From an uncultured Mycoplasmatota bacterium (GTDB lineage: Bacteria > Bacillota_I > Bacilli_A > RF39 > UBA660): a DNA stretch of 64,000 nucleotides. Below the pieces are notes generated by a model. That model ran no database searches and had not been told where the DNA came from. It saw only the letters and a program-made list of their open reading frames with translations. The translations under genes were made by a program, and so were the position numbers. The stretch is taken from positions 3,513 through 67,512 of the forward strand of contig URCH01000006.1 of the NCBI GenBank assembly GCA_900546275.1. Reading direction: 5' to 3'. This document shows, piece after piece, positions 52,147 to 61,565 of the stretch. Positions within the stretch are counted from its first letter, which is position 1; each line of letters opens with the position of its first letter.

Positions 52147-52461
52147 TCACATTAAATCATCAATACATTTTTTTAATTGTTTTGCATCTTCACCAAATAT
52201 TATTTTTAGCTGATTTTCTACTTCTACGATACCTTGAGCCCCCATCTTTTGAATACCTTCTTTATTAACAGTATCTGTAGTTTTTAAATTAACAATAAAT
52301 CTAGATTTTTGAACATCGTAACTTACGATGTTATCCTTACCACCTAAATATTCTACTAACTTATTTATTTCAATTTTAAAATCTTTCTTTTTTGATTTTG
52401 TAATAGCAATCGCTATTATTATTAAAACAGCTATTATAATTATATACTGCAAATGTTCCAT
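52147..52461 (-). CDS. Membrane-anchored PTS EIIB(Glc)-like domain protein lacking the catalytic Cys
   Basis: LVEYLGGKDNIVSYDVQKSRFIVNLK...GAQGIVEV...IIFGEDA aligns block-for-block with EIIB-Glc (LGGKENI..HCxTRLR...GAKGVV...IFG) with C->Q. Confidence 0.5.
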   Translation of the reverse strand: MEHLQYIIIIAVLIIIAIAITKSKKKDFKIEINKLVEYLGGKDNIVSYDVQKSRFIVNLKTTDTVNKEGIQKMGAQGIVEVENQLKIIFGEDAKQLKKCIDDLM

Positions 52462-52567
52462 TCTATCACCAGTTTAATTATACTACATATTTATATATTT
52501 TATCAACTTTTTTATTTAATGAATATTTATTTTAAAAATTGTAAATTATTATAACAGGTGATTCAGC

Positions 52568-53704
52568 TTGAAAAAGATATTAAAATATAAAATAGATTAT
52601 TTTTTTGTTATTTCAATTATCTTATTTATGATATTAAGTATTTTAACAATTTCTAGTTCAAATAAATTGATTACTAATGTAAATAATCTTGCTTTGAAAC
52701 AAGCTGGTTGGTATTTAATAGGAATTATTTTATTAATTGTTGTTTTTATAAAAACTGATTTTATATATAAACACATAGAAATATTTTATATAATTGGAAA
52801 TATTTTGTTGTTAGGGCTTCTTTTATTTGGACCTACTATTAATAATTCTAAATGTTGGTTTTTAATTCCTGGAGTTGGCACTTTTCAACCTAGTGAATTT
52901 ATGAAAATAATTCTAATTATTATGTTAGCTAAAGAAATTGATAAATTTAATACAAAGTATAAAAAAGCAACTGTAAAAGATGAATTATTTTTCTTACTTA
53001 GAGTTGGAGTTATTGTTCTAATACCTTTAATTTTAACTTTTCTTGAACCTGACACTGGTGTTGTTTTAATATATTTACTTATAACGATCTTTATGTTATT
53101 CACATCTGGAATTAGATATGGATGGTTTATTGCTTTATTTTTACTAGTAATTAGTATTGTAGCTTTTATATTATTAATGTTTTTTTTGAACAATGAATTA
53201 TTTATTGATATTTTTGGAACCAGTTTTTTCTTAAGAATTGATAGATTAATTGATTGGAACAATAACAGTGGTTATCAATTAACTAATGGCATTGTATCTA
53301 TTGGTAGTGGTGGATTGTTTGGTATGGGGTTAAATAATACACCTATATATTTTCCAGAACCTCAAACTGATTTTATCTTTGCTGTATTTTCTAATAATTT
53401 TGGTTTTATTGGATCTGTTTTATTTATAATTTTTATTTCAATTTTTGATATTAAATTAATGAATCTTGGTAAAAAAAGTAAAGGCGGAATTAATTTTTAT
53501 ATTATTTCTGGAATAACAGGAATGACTTTATATCAACAATTTCAAAATATTGGTATGACTTTTGGATTAATTCCAATTACTGGGATAACTCTACCTTTTA
53601 TAAGCTATGGTGGGTCTAGTTTACTTAGCTATATGATTATTATGGGAATCATTCTTAATATATCAAGCAAAAAAAAGAATGACTATTGCCATTCTCCGCT
53701 ATAA
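52568..53704 (+). CDS. SEDS-family peptidoglycan glycosyltransferase (FtsW/RodA/SpoVE)
   Basis: 10-TM pattern, conserved PSEFMK and C-terminal PITGITLPFISYGGSS blocks. Confidence 0.85.
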   Translation: MKKILKYKIDYFFVISIILFMILSILTISSSNKLITNVNNLALKQAGWYLIGIILLIVVFIKTDFIYKHIEIFYIIGNILLLGLLLFGPTINNSKCWFLIPGVGTFQPSEFMKIILIIMLAKEIDKFNTKYKKATVKDELFFLLRVGVIVLIPLILTFLEPDTGVVLIYLLITIFMLFTSGIRYGWFIALFLLVISIVAFILLMFFLNNELFIDIFGTSFFLRIDRLIDWNNNSGYQLTNGIVSIGSGGLFGMGLNNTPIYFPEPQTDFIFAVFSNNFGFIGSVLFIIFISIFDIKLMNLGKKSKGGINFYIISGITGMTLYQQFQNIGMTFGLIPITGITLPFISYGGSSLLSYMIIMGIILNISSKKKNDYCHSPL

Positions 53705-54525
53705 AAATAATATTTTCCATCACTTTGTTTTTTAAATGTCCATTTATATGTTTCAACTTCTTTATTATCAATCATTTCGTTAATAGTTGATTTATATTTT
53801 TCTGAATATTGTCCTGCATCTTCTGTATATAATGTTTTTGTTTTTGTATCATTTTTATCTACTAAATAAGTTTCGATTGTTTCAAAATTAGAATCGCATT
53901 TACCTTCTACTTTTTGTGCGTAAGAATATACATATATATATTCTTCATTAGGATCTTTCTCTGCTTTATATATTTTTGATACTACATCTTTGAAACCACA
54001 AGACTCGGTACCGCATTTTGAAGAAGCTATATAAGTATTATCTTTTTCATTATAATTAGCACTTATACAACCCTCATCTGAAACTATATTAGCATTTGAA
54101 TATGTTGTGTCTGGACCATATATTTTTTTAAAGTTTTTTTCAATTTCACTTGCTGAATATACATTGAAGTATTCATTGTTTTTTTCTGTACTTGTATATT
54201 TTACATATGTTGCTGCATCAAACATCATGTCTGCTCTACTAATTTGTGATACATTTATATTTTTATATGACCATGTTGATATAAATTCTGCACTTCTATC
54301 AGTTGGATAAACTAATGAAGTAATTATAGGATCAGACAAGCTTATTTCTATATTTTGTTTAGCTTCATTATTTTTATCTTTGTCTGTTACCATCGGATTA
54401 CTATTTTCCTTCTTTATAAATTTATCATATACTGTAAAACTCATACTATCTATTAATAAAATCAATAAAACGATTATTAATACTACTTTTACTGTATCTC
54501 CTTTTTTATTTTTTATTTCGTTCAT
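53683..54525 (-). CDS. Membrane-anchored secreted hypothetical protein (280 aa), paralog A
   Basis: N-terminal MNEIKNKKGDTVKVVLIIVLLILL...DKFIKKENSN shared with the downstream paralog; Cys-containing C-terminal domain. Confidence 0.4.
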   Translation of the reverse strand: MNEIKNKKGDTVKVVLIIVLLILLIDSMSFTVYDKFIKKENSNPMVTDKDKNNEAKQNIEISLSDPIITSLVYPTDRSAEFISTWSYKNINVSQISRADMMFDAATYVKYTSTEKNNEYFNVYSASEIEKNFKKIYGPDTTYSNANIVSDEGCISANYNEKDNTYIASSKCGTESCGFKDVVSKIYKAEKDPNEEYIYVYSYAQKVEGKCDSNFETIETYLVDKNDTKTKTLYTEDAGQYSEKYKSTINEMIDNKEVETYKWTFKKQSDGKYYFYSGEWQ

Positions 54526-54556
54526 TATTTCACGCCTATCTATTCTTTATTTGATA

Positions 54557-55162
54557 TTACTTTAAAACAATTTTTTTATTTCCTGATGTTGTTTTTAACA
54601 CAGCAATTTCTGTTCCATCTTCATCTGTCGCATTAGCTATTGCAGTTACATTTTTATTACTTAATATTAAATCTATTTCTTTTGTTAATTTATCAATTGC
54701 ATATAAATCACCTTCACCACTTAAAAGAAAGTATTCAATATGTTCATTATTACTACTTGAAATATTATTACTACCTGCAGTTGCCCAATATTTTATTGGT
54801 TTTGGAAATTTTATATCCTGATCAACATACCTTGCAGTTGTTTCTGTGTCAAAAATAAAATCCCAACTTCCACATTTGAAACAAGTATTTAATACCATTT
54901 TATATGAATCAAAATCTACATCTGCATTAATATCTATTAATTCATATTTTTCTCCATTAACGATTAAATCATCTTTGTTTTCTATTTGCGAATCATTTTT
55001 TGTATTATCTTTCTCTTCTGTTTGTGGATTATTTTCTGTATTATCTTTCTTTATAAATTTGTCACAAACTATAAAGCTTATGCATCCTACTAATAATACT
55101 ACTAATAATGTAATTAACACTACTTTTAATGTATAAATTTTTTTATTTTGAACTTCGTTCAT
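54557..55162 (-). CDS. Membrane-anchored secreted hypothetical protein (201 aa), paralog B
   Basis: N-terminal MNEVQNKKIYTLKVVLITLLVVLL...DKFIKKDNTEN nearly identical in pattern to paralog A; divergent C-terminus. Confidence 0.4.
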   Translation of the reverse strand: MNEVQNKKIYTLKVVLITLLVVLLVGCISFIVCDKFIKKDNTENNPQTEEKDNTKNDSQIENKDDLIVNGEKYELIDINADVDFDSYKMVLNTCFKCGSWDFIFDTETTARYVDQDIKFPKPIKYWATAGSNNISSSNNEHIEYFLLSGEGDLYAIDKLTKEIDLILSNKNVTAIANATDEDGTEIAVLKTTSGNKKIVLK

Positions 55163-55264
55163 TTCCTCACTCCTATCTATAATATAGATTATATTATTTC
55201 TAATTTTTTGTCAATGAGTAACTTTTATGTATGCGTAAATATATAGTAAAAAAAGAATGGTCGT

Positions 55265-56461
55265 TTAAAAATTAAACATTAACCATTCAGGTTTAAATAT
55301 CATAAGTATTCCAATAATAAGCATTATGATTCCACCTATTAAGTGAGAATATTTTGTATATTTTGTTGAAAGTGCTTTAATGTTAAGAGTAAACATTGCT
55401 ACAAAAAACACTATGATATCATCTATTAAGAAGAAGAATATGTAAATAAAAATATATATGCATTTTTCAATAAAATTAACATCATTCAAGGCTAAAACAT
55501 TTGTAAATAAAACTGGAAGTCCGGCAGAACATGCAAGTTCTATAGCATTTACAGAAATAGCTAACAACATTACTCCTAACATTGCTAAAATAAAACTTTT
55601 TTCTGATGTATACTTTTTTATTTTAGATATAATTTTCTTTCTTTTAGAGTTATCAACAACTTCACAACCAGCATCCTTTTTAACTATCGATTTTATAAAT
55701 CCTTTTAAATTTATGAATGCACCTATTAACGCTACTAAACCAATTAATAATTTTAACCAACTAATTGTTGTTAGTAATTTGGTTGCTATTCCAAGCCATA
55801 CAAACATAAATACTAAATATATTAAAGCTGATGTAACTAAGAATGTAATACCAAGTGCCCACATTCTTTTTTTATTTTCCATATTAAATAACATTGTTAT
55901 TAAAAATATCAAAACCCACATTGCACATGGATTAAATCCATCAATAGCACCTATTATTACAGAAAGTATTGGTAATGATACTTTTGCAGGATCTATTTCA
56001 CCAAACACTGTTGATATTTTATTAATTTCTCCATTTTTAATTTTAAAATTTGAAACATCTTTTCCATCTATTATATCTTTAATAACATCGTATTGTTCTT
56101 CAGATGTATATTTTTCTATTAAATTTTTTATTCCATCTTTTACGCCATCATTATATCCTATATAATAATAATCCCCTATGACTGTAAAAGGAACCATAGG
56201 TGAATCAATATTTAATTTTTCTTTTATATTAATCATTAATTCTTTGTTTTCTTTTACATCATTTATTTCATATAAATTAATTTTCAAATTTTCATATTCT
56301 TTTTGAATTTCATTTAAAAATTCTATTTCGGCTTTACAATGACTACAAGTATTAGAATGAAATAAATATACATTTACTTGTTTTCTTTCTTCTGCATTTA
56401 TACTTGGTAATATAAATAAGAAAGATAAAATAAATAAAAATATATATTTAATTTTTTTCAT
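55265..56461 (-). CDS. Secreted thioredoxin-fold (CSHC) domain fused to CcdA/DsbD-like multi-TM thiol-disulfide transporter domain
   Basis: Signal peptide, CSHC at residues ~39-42, later TM-embedded cysteines (FNPCAMW, ELACSAG). Confidence 0.45.
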   Translation of the reverse strand: MKKIKYIFLFILSFLFILPSINAEERKQVNVYLFHSNTCSHCKAEIEFLNEIQKEYENLKINLYEINDVKENKELMINIKEKLNIDSPMVPFTVIGDYYYIGYNDGVKDGIKNLIEKYTSEEQYDVIKDIIDGKDVSNFKIKNGEINKISTVFGEIDPAKVSLPILSVIIGAIDGFNPCAMWVLIFLITMLFNMENKKRMWALGITFLVTSALIYLVFMFVWLGIATKLLTTISWLKLLIGLVALIGAFINLKGFIKSIVKKDAGCEVVDNSKRKKIISKIKKYTSEKSFILAMLGVMLLAISVNAIELACSAGLPVLFTNVLALNDVNFIEKCIYIFIYIFFFLIDDIIVFFVAMFTLNIKALSTKYTKYSHLIGGIIMLIIGILMIFKPEWLMFNF

Positions 56462-56723
56462 TTCTTAACTCCTCTATTACTTTTACTATTTCTTTTTTCG
56501 ATTTTTCACCATTTAAACGAAATATTTCTTTTCCTTCTTCATTTAAAAAAATCATAACTGGTATTAATGTACCAACATTCCATTTTTCAACTTCTTTTTC
56601 ATCTAAATCATAATCATAATCAATAAATTCTATTTCTGGATATAATTCCTTTATTTCTTTTATGGTCTTTTTCATAACTAAACAACCACTGCACCAAACT
56701 GCATTAAATTTAAGTATTTTCAT
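56448..56723 (-). CDS. Thioredoxin
   Basis: WCSGC active site; 91 aa. Confidence 0.8.
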   Translation of the reverse strand: MKILKFNAVWCSGCLVMKKTIKEIKELYPEIEFIDYDYDLDEKEVEKWNVGTLIPVMIFLNEEGKEIFRLNGEKSKKEIVKVIEELRNEKN

Positions 56724-56730
56724 ATTTCAC

Positions 56731-57852
56731 CTACTTTAATATTAACTTTTTATAATTTTTATCAAAGGATTTTAAAAATAAATCCAACTCTTCTTTAGTT
56801 GTATAATTAGATATACTTATTCTTAAACTTGAAAGAGCTCTTTTTTCATCATTAGTTACCGCAAATACTGGTTTAGACATTTGACCTGTTGAACATGCAC
56901 TTTGTGTTGATATATATATATCATCCATTTCTAATGCATGTAACATAGTTTCTGGTTTTACACCTATTACACTAAAATTAAGAACATAGGGAATTGAATA
57001 ATCATTACTATTTATATAAACATTTTCATACTTTTCTAACTTTTCCTTTAAATAGTTTCTTTTTTCTAAAACATTTTTATATTTTTCATCTAATGAAGTA
57101 TGTTCTAAACGTAGTGCTTTTGATATAGAAACTATCAAAGGTGTTGCAGGTGTACCACTTCTAAATACTGTTGTACTTTTCCCACCATGAATTATTGGTT
57201 CAAGTAATACTTTTTCTTTTTTTATTAAACAACCTATACCTTTAAGTCCATATATTTTATGAGCTGAAAAACTCATTAAATCAATATTTGTTAAAGGAAT
57301 ATCTACTTTTCCTATTGATTGAGTCATATCAACATGAAAGAAACATTTTGGATGTTCTTTAACTATATTAGCTATTTCTTCTATTGGTTGTAATAATCCT
57401 ATCTCACTATTAACAGAGGCTATACTAACTAGAATAGTATCTTCTCTTATTAATTCTTTTAAATTTTCTAGATCTACTAAACCATTTGAATTCAATTTTA
57501 CAAAATCAACTTCAAAACCATTTTCTGTTAAGAAATTTAAAGGGCCATATATAGATGAGTGTTCTAAAGGGGATGTTATTATATGTTTTCCCCTATTTTT
57601 ATATTTAAGAGCAATTCCTTTTATGGCTAAGTTATTTGATTCACTAGAACCACTTGTATATATTATTTCACTAGGTTTTACATTCAATATTGAAGATATT
57701 TGTTCTGTTGCATCATCTATTAATTTTTTTGATTGCATTCCAAGTTTATGTAATGAATTAGGATTTCCAAAAAAATCTAATGATGCTTTATTAAAACTTT
57801 CTAATACTTCTTTATTAACTGGTGTTGTTGCACTGTAATCTAAATATACCAT
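56731..57852 (-). CDS. Cysteine desulfurase (class V aminotransferase, NifS/IscS-like)
   Basis: PLP-lysine region SFSAHKIYGLKG, C-terminal SACSTG catalytic Cys loop; 373 aa. Confidence 0.85.
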   Translation of the reverse strand: MVYLDYSATTPVNKEVLESFNKASLDFFGNPNSLHKLGMQSKKLIDDATEQISSILNVKPSEIIYTSGSSESNNLAIKGIALKYKNRGKHIITSPLEHSSIYGPLNFLTENGFEVDFVKLNSNGLVDLENLKELIREDTILVSIASVNSEIGLLQPIEEIANIVKEHPKCFFHVDMTQSIGKVDIPLTNIDLMSFSAHKIYGLKGIGCLIKKEKVLLEPIIHGGKSTTVFRSGTPATPLIVSISKALRLEHTSLDEKYKNVLEKRNYLKEKLEKYENVYINSNDYSIPYVLNFSVIGVKPETMLHALEMDDIYISTQSACSTGQMSKPVFAVTNDEKRALSSLRISISNYTTKEELDLFLKSFDKNYKKLILK

Positions 57853-57942
57853 CTTTTCACCTCAATCAATACTTATTGATATTCCTTTCATTATTACATT
57901 AAGATTATAACACAATTTAACCATTAAAAAAACTAGAAATAA

Positions 57943-58533
57943 CTAGTTTCTAATTTTTTCAAATAATTCATTAAATATATCTAATAATTCATTTTTTTCT
58001 TCATCTGTCAATGAAATAGTTGGATCCTCTTGTGAGTCAACAGTACCTAAATGATGTCCTACTATTTTTCCATCTTTAATAAAATAAACATCTGGGACAT
58101 ATAATACTTTTTGACCGTTTTCATCTTCAGATAAATATTCATTTAATATTTCTTTTAATTTATTATAATCTTCATTATCAGATTTTCTTATATCTCTTGG
58201 ATTAAAGTAATAAATTGTATCTATGTTATTATTTTTTGCTGCTTCAAATAAAACTGGTATCATGTTTCTACACCAAGGGCATCCAGGGAATCCAAAATAT
58301 ATTACTCCTGTTTTATTTTGTATAATATCAAATACTTCATCCAAAGTTACATATTTAATTGGATTATTTTTTGAAATATTTATATTTACATTTTCATTGT
58401 TTAATGCCTCATATTCTGCTTTGAATTTTTCACCATCACTTTTTAGATATTGATATATTCCAAATGTCATAATTCCAACTAAAATTGCACCTAACAATAT
58501 ATCAATTACCACCATTAACTTTTTTTTATTCAT
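57943..58533 (-). CDS. Membrane-anchored thioredoxin-like thiol-disulfide oxidoreductase
   Basis: N-terminal TM then GFPGCPWCRNM (CPWC) thioredoxin fold. Confidence 0.65.
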   Translation of the reverse strand: MNKKKLMVVIDILLGAILVGIMTFGIYQYLKSDGEKFKAEYEALNNENVNINISKNNPIKYVTLDEVFDIIQNKTGVIYFGFPGCPWCRNMIPVLFEAAKNNNIDTIYYFNPRDIRKSDNEDYNKLKEILNEYLSEDENGQKVLYVPDVYFIKDGKIVGHHLGTVDSQEDPTISLTDEEKNELLDIFNELFEKIRN

Positions 58534-58541
58534 AATTCCTC

Positions 58542-58955
58542 CTACTTACAACTATAGCCTTGTTTTTCTAAATTCTTTACTTGGTTACTTTCTAATTCTT
58601 CTAAATTAAATTCTTGCTTTATTTCATTTGTTGTATTTGAATAATCAATTTTATAAATTAACTCAAAGCTTGATTTATTTTCATTTTTTTCTATTTCTAC
58701 ATTTTTATATTTACGTGATTCAGATATTAAACTTTGTTTATAAGAATCTAATGTATATTTATTAGTAGTCTCATATTTATAGCTAATTTCAATATTTGTA
58801 ATGTTATTATCTTTATGTTTTATAGTTATTGTGTTTGTATTTTTTGTATCGTTAAATTCATCTTCTTTTACACATTTTACTGTCAAATAACCTTTCATTG
58901 CTTCGCTTGAGCATGCAGTTAAGAATAATACCATTAATAATAATATTTTTTTCAT
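58542..58955 (-). CDS. Lipoprotein (137 aa)
   Basis: Lipobox LTAC after signal peptide MKKILLLMVLF. Confidence 0.5.
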   Translation of the reverse strand: MKKILLLMVLFLTACSSEAMKGYLTVKCVKEDEFNDTKNTNTITIKHKDNNITNIEISYKYETTNKYTLDSYKQSLISESRKYKNVEIEKNENKSSFELIYKIDYSNTTNEIKQEFNLEELESNQVKNLEKQGYSCK

Positions 58956-58956
58956 T

Positions 58957-61095
58957 TTACACCTCTATTAACGAAAGTGAAACTTTATTTTTTTCTTTTG
59001 ATATTTCATATACATAACAATCTACTATATCACCAACATTAACAACTTCCATTGGATCTTTTACATATTTATTTGATAGTCTAGAAATGTGCACTAGTGC
59101 ATCATTTTTAAGTCCTATATCAATAAATACTCCAAAAGGTGCGACGTTTCTTACTGTTCCTTGTAATTTCATACCAATGCTTAAATCTTCTATATGTAAT
59201 ATATCACTTTTTAGAATTGGTTTTGGCATTGTATCTCTTGGATCTCTATTTGGTTTTATTAATGATTTAATTATATCTTCTAATGTGTAATAATCACTTT
59301 TTAAAATAGCAGCTAAATTATTTATATCTGTTTTTTCTAATTTTAATTTAAAATCTTCTTTACCAATATCATCTATTTTTAAATCTAGTTCTTTTAGTAA
59401 TTTACGCGTTAAATCATAACTTTCAGGGTGAATGGAAGTTTCATCTAAAATGTTTTTTCCATCAACAATTCTTAAAAATCCAATTGCTTGTTCATATGTT
59501 TTATCTGAAAGTAAATTTTTTAATTCATCTCTTGATAAAATTTTTCCTTTTTCATTTCTATAGTTAATTATTTTTTCAATATTTTTTTTATTAATTCCTG
59601 ATACATATTTAAATAAAAATGGACTTGCTGTGTTTACATTTACGCCTACTGAGTTTACTGCACAACTTACTACGAAATTAAGGGATTCAGATAATTGCTT
59701 ATTTGGAACATCGTGTTGATACAACCCTACTCCTATACTTTGTGGATCTATTTTCACAAGTTCTGAAAGTGGATCTTGCAAACGTCTGGCTATACTTATC
59801 GCACTTCTTTCTTCAACATGTAAATCTGGAAACTCCTCAATAGCAAGTTTTGATGCTGAATATACACTAGCACCTGCTTCACTTACTATTATATATTCAA
59901 CTTTTCTATTTACATTTTTTATTACATCAACTATGAAAGCTTCACTTTCTCTAGATGCTGTTCCATTTCCTATAGCAATAATATCAATATTATATTTATT
60001 TATAAGATCAATTGTTATTTTTTTTGCTTCTTCATATTTATTTACGGGCTCATGTGGATATATTTTTTCTATTTTTATTCTTTGTCCTGTTTGGTCTATA
60101 ACCGCAAGTTTACATCCTGTTCTATAAGCTGGATCTAGTCCTAATATCATTTTATCTTTTATAGGTGGTTGTAGTAATAATTTTTCTAAGTTTTTACTAA
60201 AATTATCTATAGCAACTTCACTTGCGCGTTCTGTTAATTCACTTCTTATTTCTCTTTCAATACTTGGCTTAATTAATCTTTTATAGCTATCTATTATTGA
60301 TAAAATAACATATTCATTTACAAATGAATCTCTTTTTATTATTTTATTTTTTAAATATTCAATTATTTTTGTTTCATCTATTTCTATTGAAACTGTTAAT
60401 ACTTTCTCTGATTCTCCTCTATTTAAAGCAAGTATTCTATGTGGTTTTATTTCCTTTATAGGTTCGCTATAGTCATAATACATTTCATATACTTTTTCGT
60501 TATCTTCGGCATTCTTTTTTAATTTGCTTGTTATTTTTCCATATAAGTATGTATTTGTTCTAATCCATTTTCTATATGATGCATTATCACTTATGTATTC
60601 TGCTATTATATATTCAGCACCAGTCACAGCCTCTTCTACTGTTTTTACTTTATCAGATAAATGAGGAATTGATAGCTTATTTATATCGCCATTTTCTGGA
60701 AATGAAAGAATTTTTTTGGCTAATGGTTCTAATCCATTATTTATAGCATCTGTTGCTTTTGTTTTTTTCTTTTCTTTATATGGTCTATATAAATCTTCCA
60801 CTTCTACTAACTTTGTTGCAGAAAGAATTTTTTGTTTTAATTCATCATTCATTAAACCTTTTTCATCTATTAATCTTATTACATCTTCTTTTCTTTTTAA
60901 TAGATTTACTTGATATTCATATACTTCATTTATTTTTCTTATTTGTTCTTCATCAAGTGCTCCTGTAGCTTCTTTTCTATATCTTGCTATAAAAGGAATT
61001 GTATTTCCATCTTCTAATAGTTTTAATGTAGCTATTATACTTTTTTCATTTATATTTAAATCATTTACCATTTGTTTTATTATTTTTGTATCCAT
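58957..61095 (-). CDS. tex: Tex-like transcription accessory protein (YqgF + HhH + S1 domains)
   Basis: 712 aa; C-terminal S1 domain (GMKLQGTVRNVAPFGVFIDIG); characteristic Tex N-terminal blocks. Confidence 0.85.
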   Translation of the reverse strand: MDTKIIKQMVNDLNINEKSIIATLKLLEDGNTIPFIARYRKEATGALDEEQIRKINEVYEYQVNLLKRKEDVIRLIDEKGLMNDELKQKILSATKLVEVEDLYRPYKEKKKTKATDAINNGLEPLAKKILSFPENGDINKLSIPHLSDKVKTVEEAVTGAEYIIAEYISDNASYRKWIRTNTYLYGKITSKLKKNAEDNEKVYEMYYDYSEPIKEIKPHRILALNRGESEKVLTVSIEIDETKIIEYLKNKIIKRDSFVNEYVILSIIDSYKRLIKPSIEREIRSELTERASEVAIDNFSKNLEKLLLQPPIKDKMILGLDPAYRTGCKLAVIDQTGQRIKIEKIYPHEPVNKYEEAKKITIDLINKYNIDIIAIGNGTASRESEAFIVDVIKNVNRKVEYIIVSEAGASVYSASKLAIEEFPDLHVEERSAISIARRLQDPLSELVKIDPQSIGVGLYQHDVPNKQLSESLNFVVSCAVNSVGVNVNTASPFLFKYVSGINKKNIEKIINYRNEKGKILSRDELKNLLSDKTYEQAIGFLRIVDGKNILDETSIHPESYDLTRKLLKELDLKIDDIGKEDFKLKLEKTDINNLAAILKSDYYTLEDIIKSLIKPNRDPRDTMPKPILKSDILHIEDLSIGMKLQGTVRNVAPFGVFIDIGLKNDALVHISRLSNKYVKDPMEVVNVGDIVDCYVYEISKEKNKVSLSLIEV

Positions 61096-61096
61096 A

Positions 61097-61516
61097 TTAT
61101 TTTTCCACTTCTATATTTTCTAATTCTTCTTGTGATGAATATGTTATAGCGTTAACTATTTTTCCATCTTTCATTATTATTAAATTTGGAAATACAGGAG
61201 AATCTGAAAAGTAATCTATAAATAATTCATCTGATATAATTTGCTCAAATTCTGATTGCTTAGTTACATCTAATTTTTTTATATCAATATTTTTTTCATT
61301 CATTAACAAAACTAATTGATGTTCAAATTCTTCTATCTTGAAATCATCGCTTGTTATATATATATAATTTGTTTTATTGTTACTTTTTAATTGTGTATAT
61401 TGTTTATAGTTTATTTTGTCAAATGTTTTTTCTTTCATAAACACAAATCTTATTAATATAAATATAAAGACTGCTATTAATAATAAAATACTATATCTAA
61501 TTATTATTTTCTTCAT
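61097..61516 (-). CDS. Membrane-anchored hypothetical protein, thioredoxin-fold-like without Cys
   Basis: N-terminal TM; C-terminal PNLIIMKDGKIV resembles thioredoxin-fold terminal strand; no CxxC. Confidence 0.3.
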   Translation of the reverse strand: MKKIIIRYSILLLIAVFIFILIRFVFMKEKTFDKINYKQYTQLKSNNKTNYIYITSDDFKIEEFEHQLVLLMNEKNIDIKKLDVTKQSEFEQIISDELFIDYFSDSPVFPNLIIMKDGKIVNAITYSSQEELENIEVEK

Positions 61517-61565
61517 TCTATCACCCTATAAAGTATACCATATTACTGTATTTATTTCCACTAAA

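Noticed and set aside
55458-56165. 235-aa plus-strand ORF
   Set aside because: Fully antisense to the Trx::CcdA-like gene, which has a signal peptide, CxxC and TM topology. The plus ORF has no motifs.
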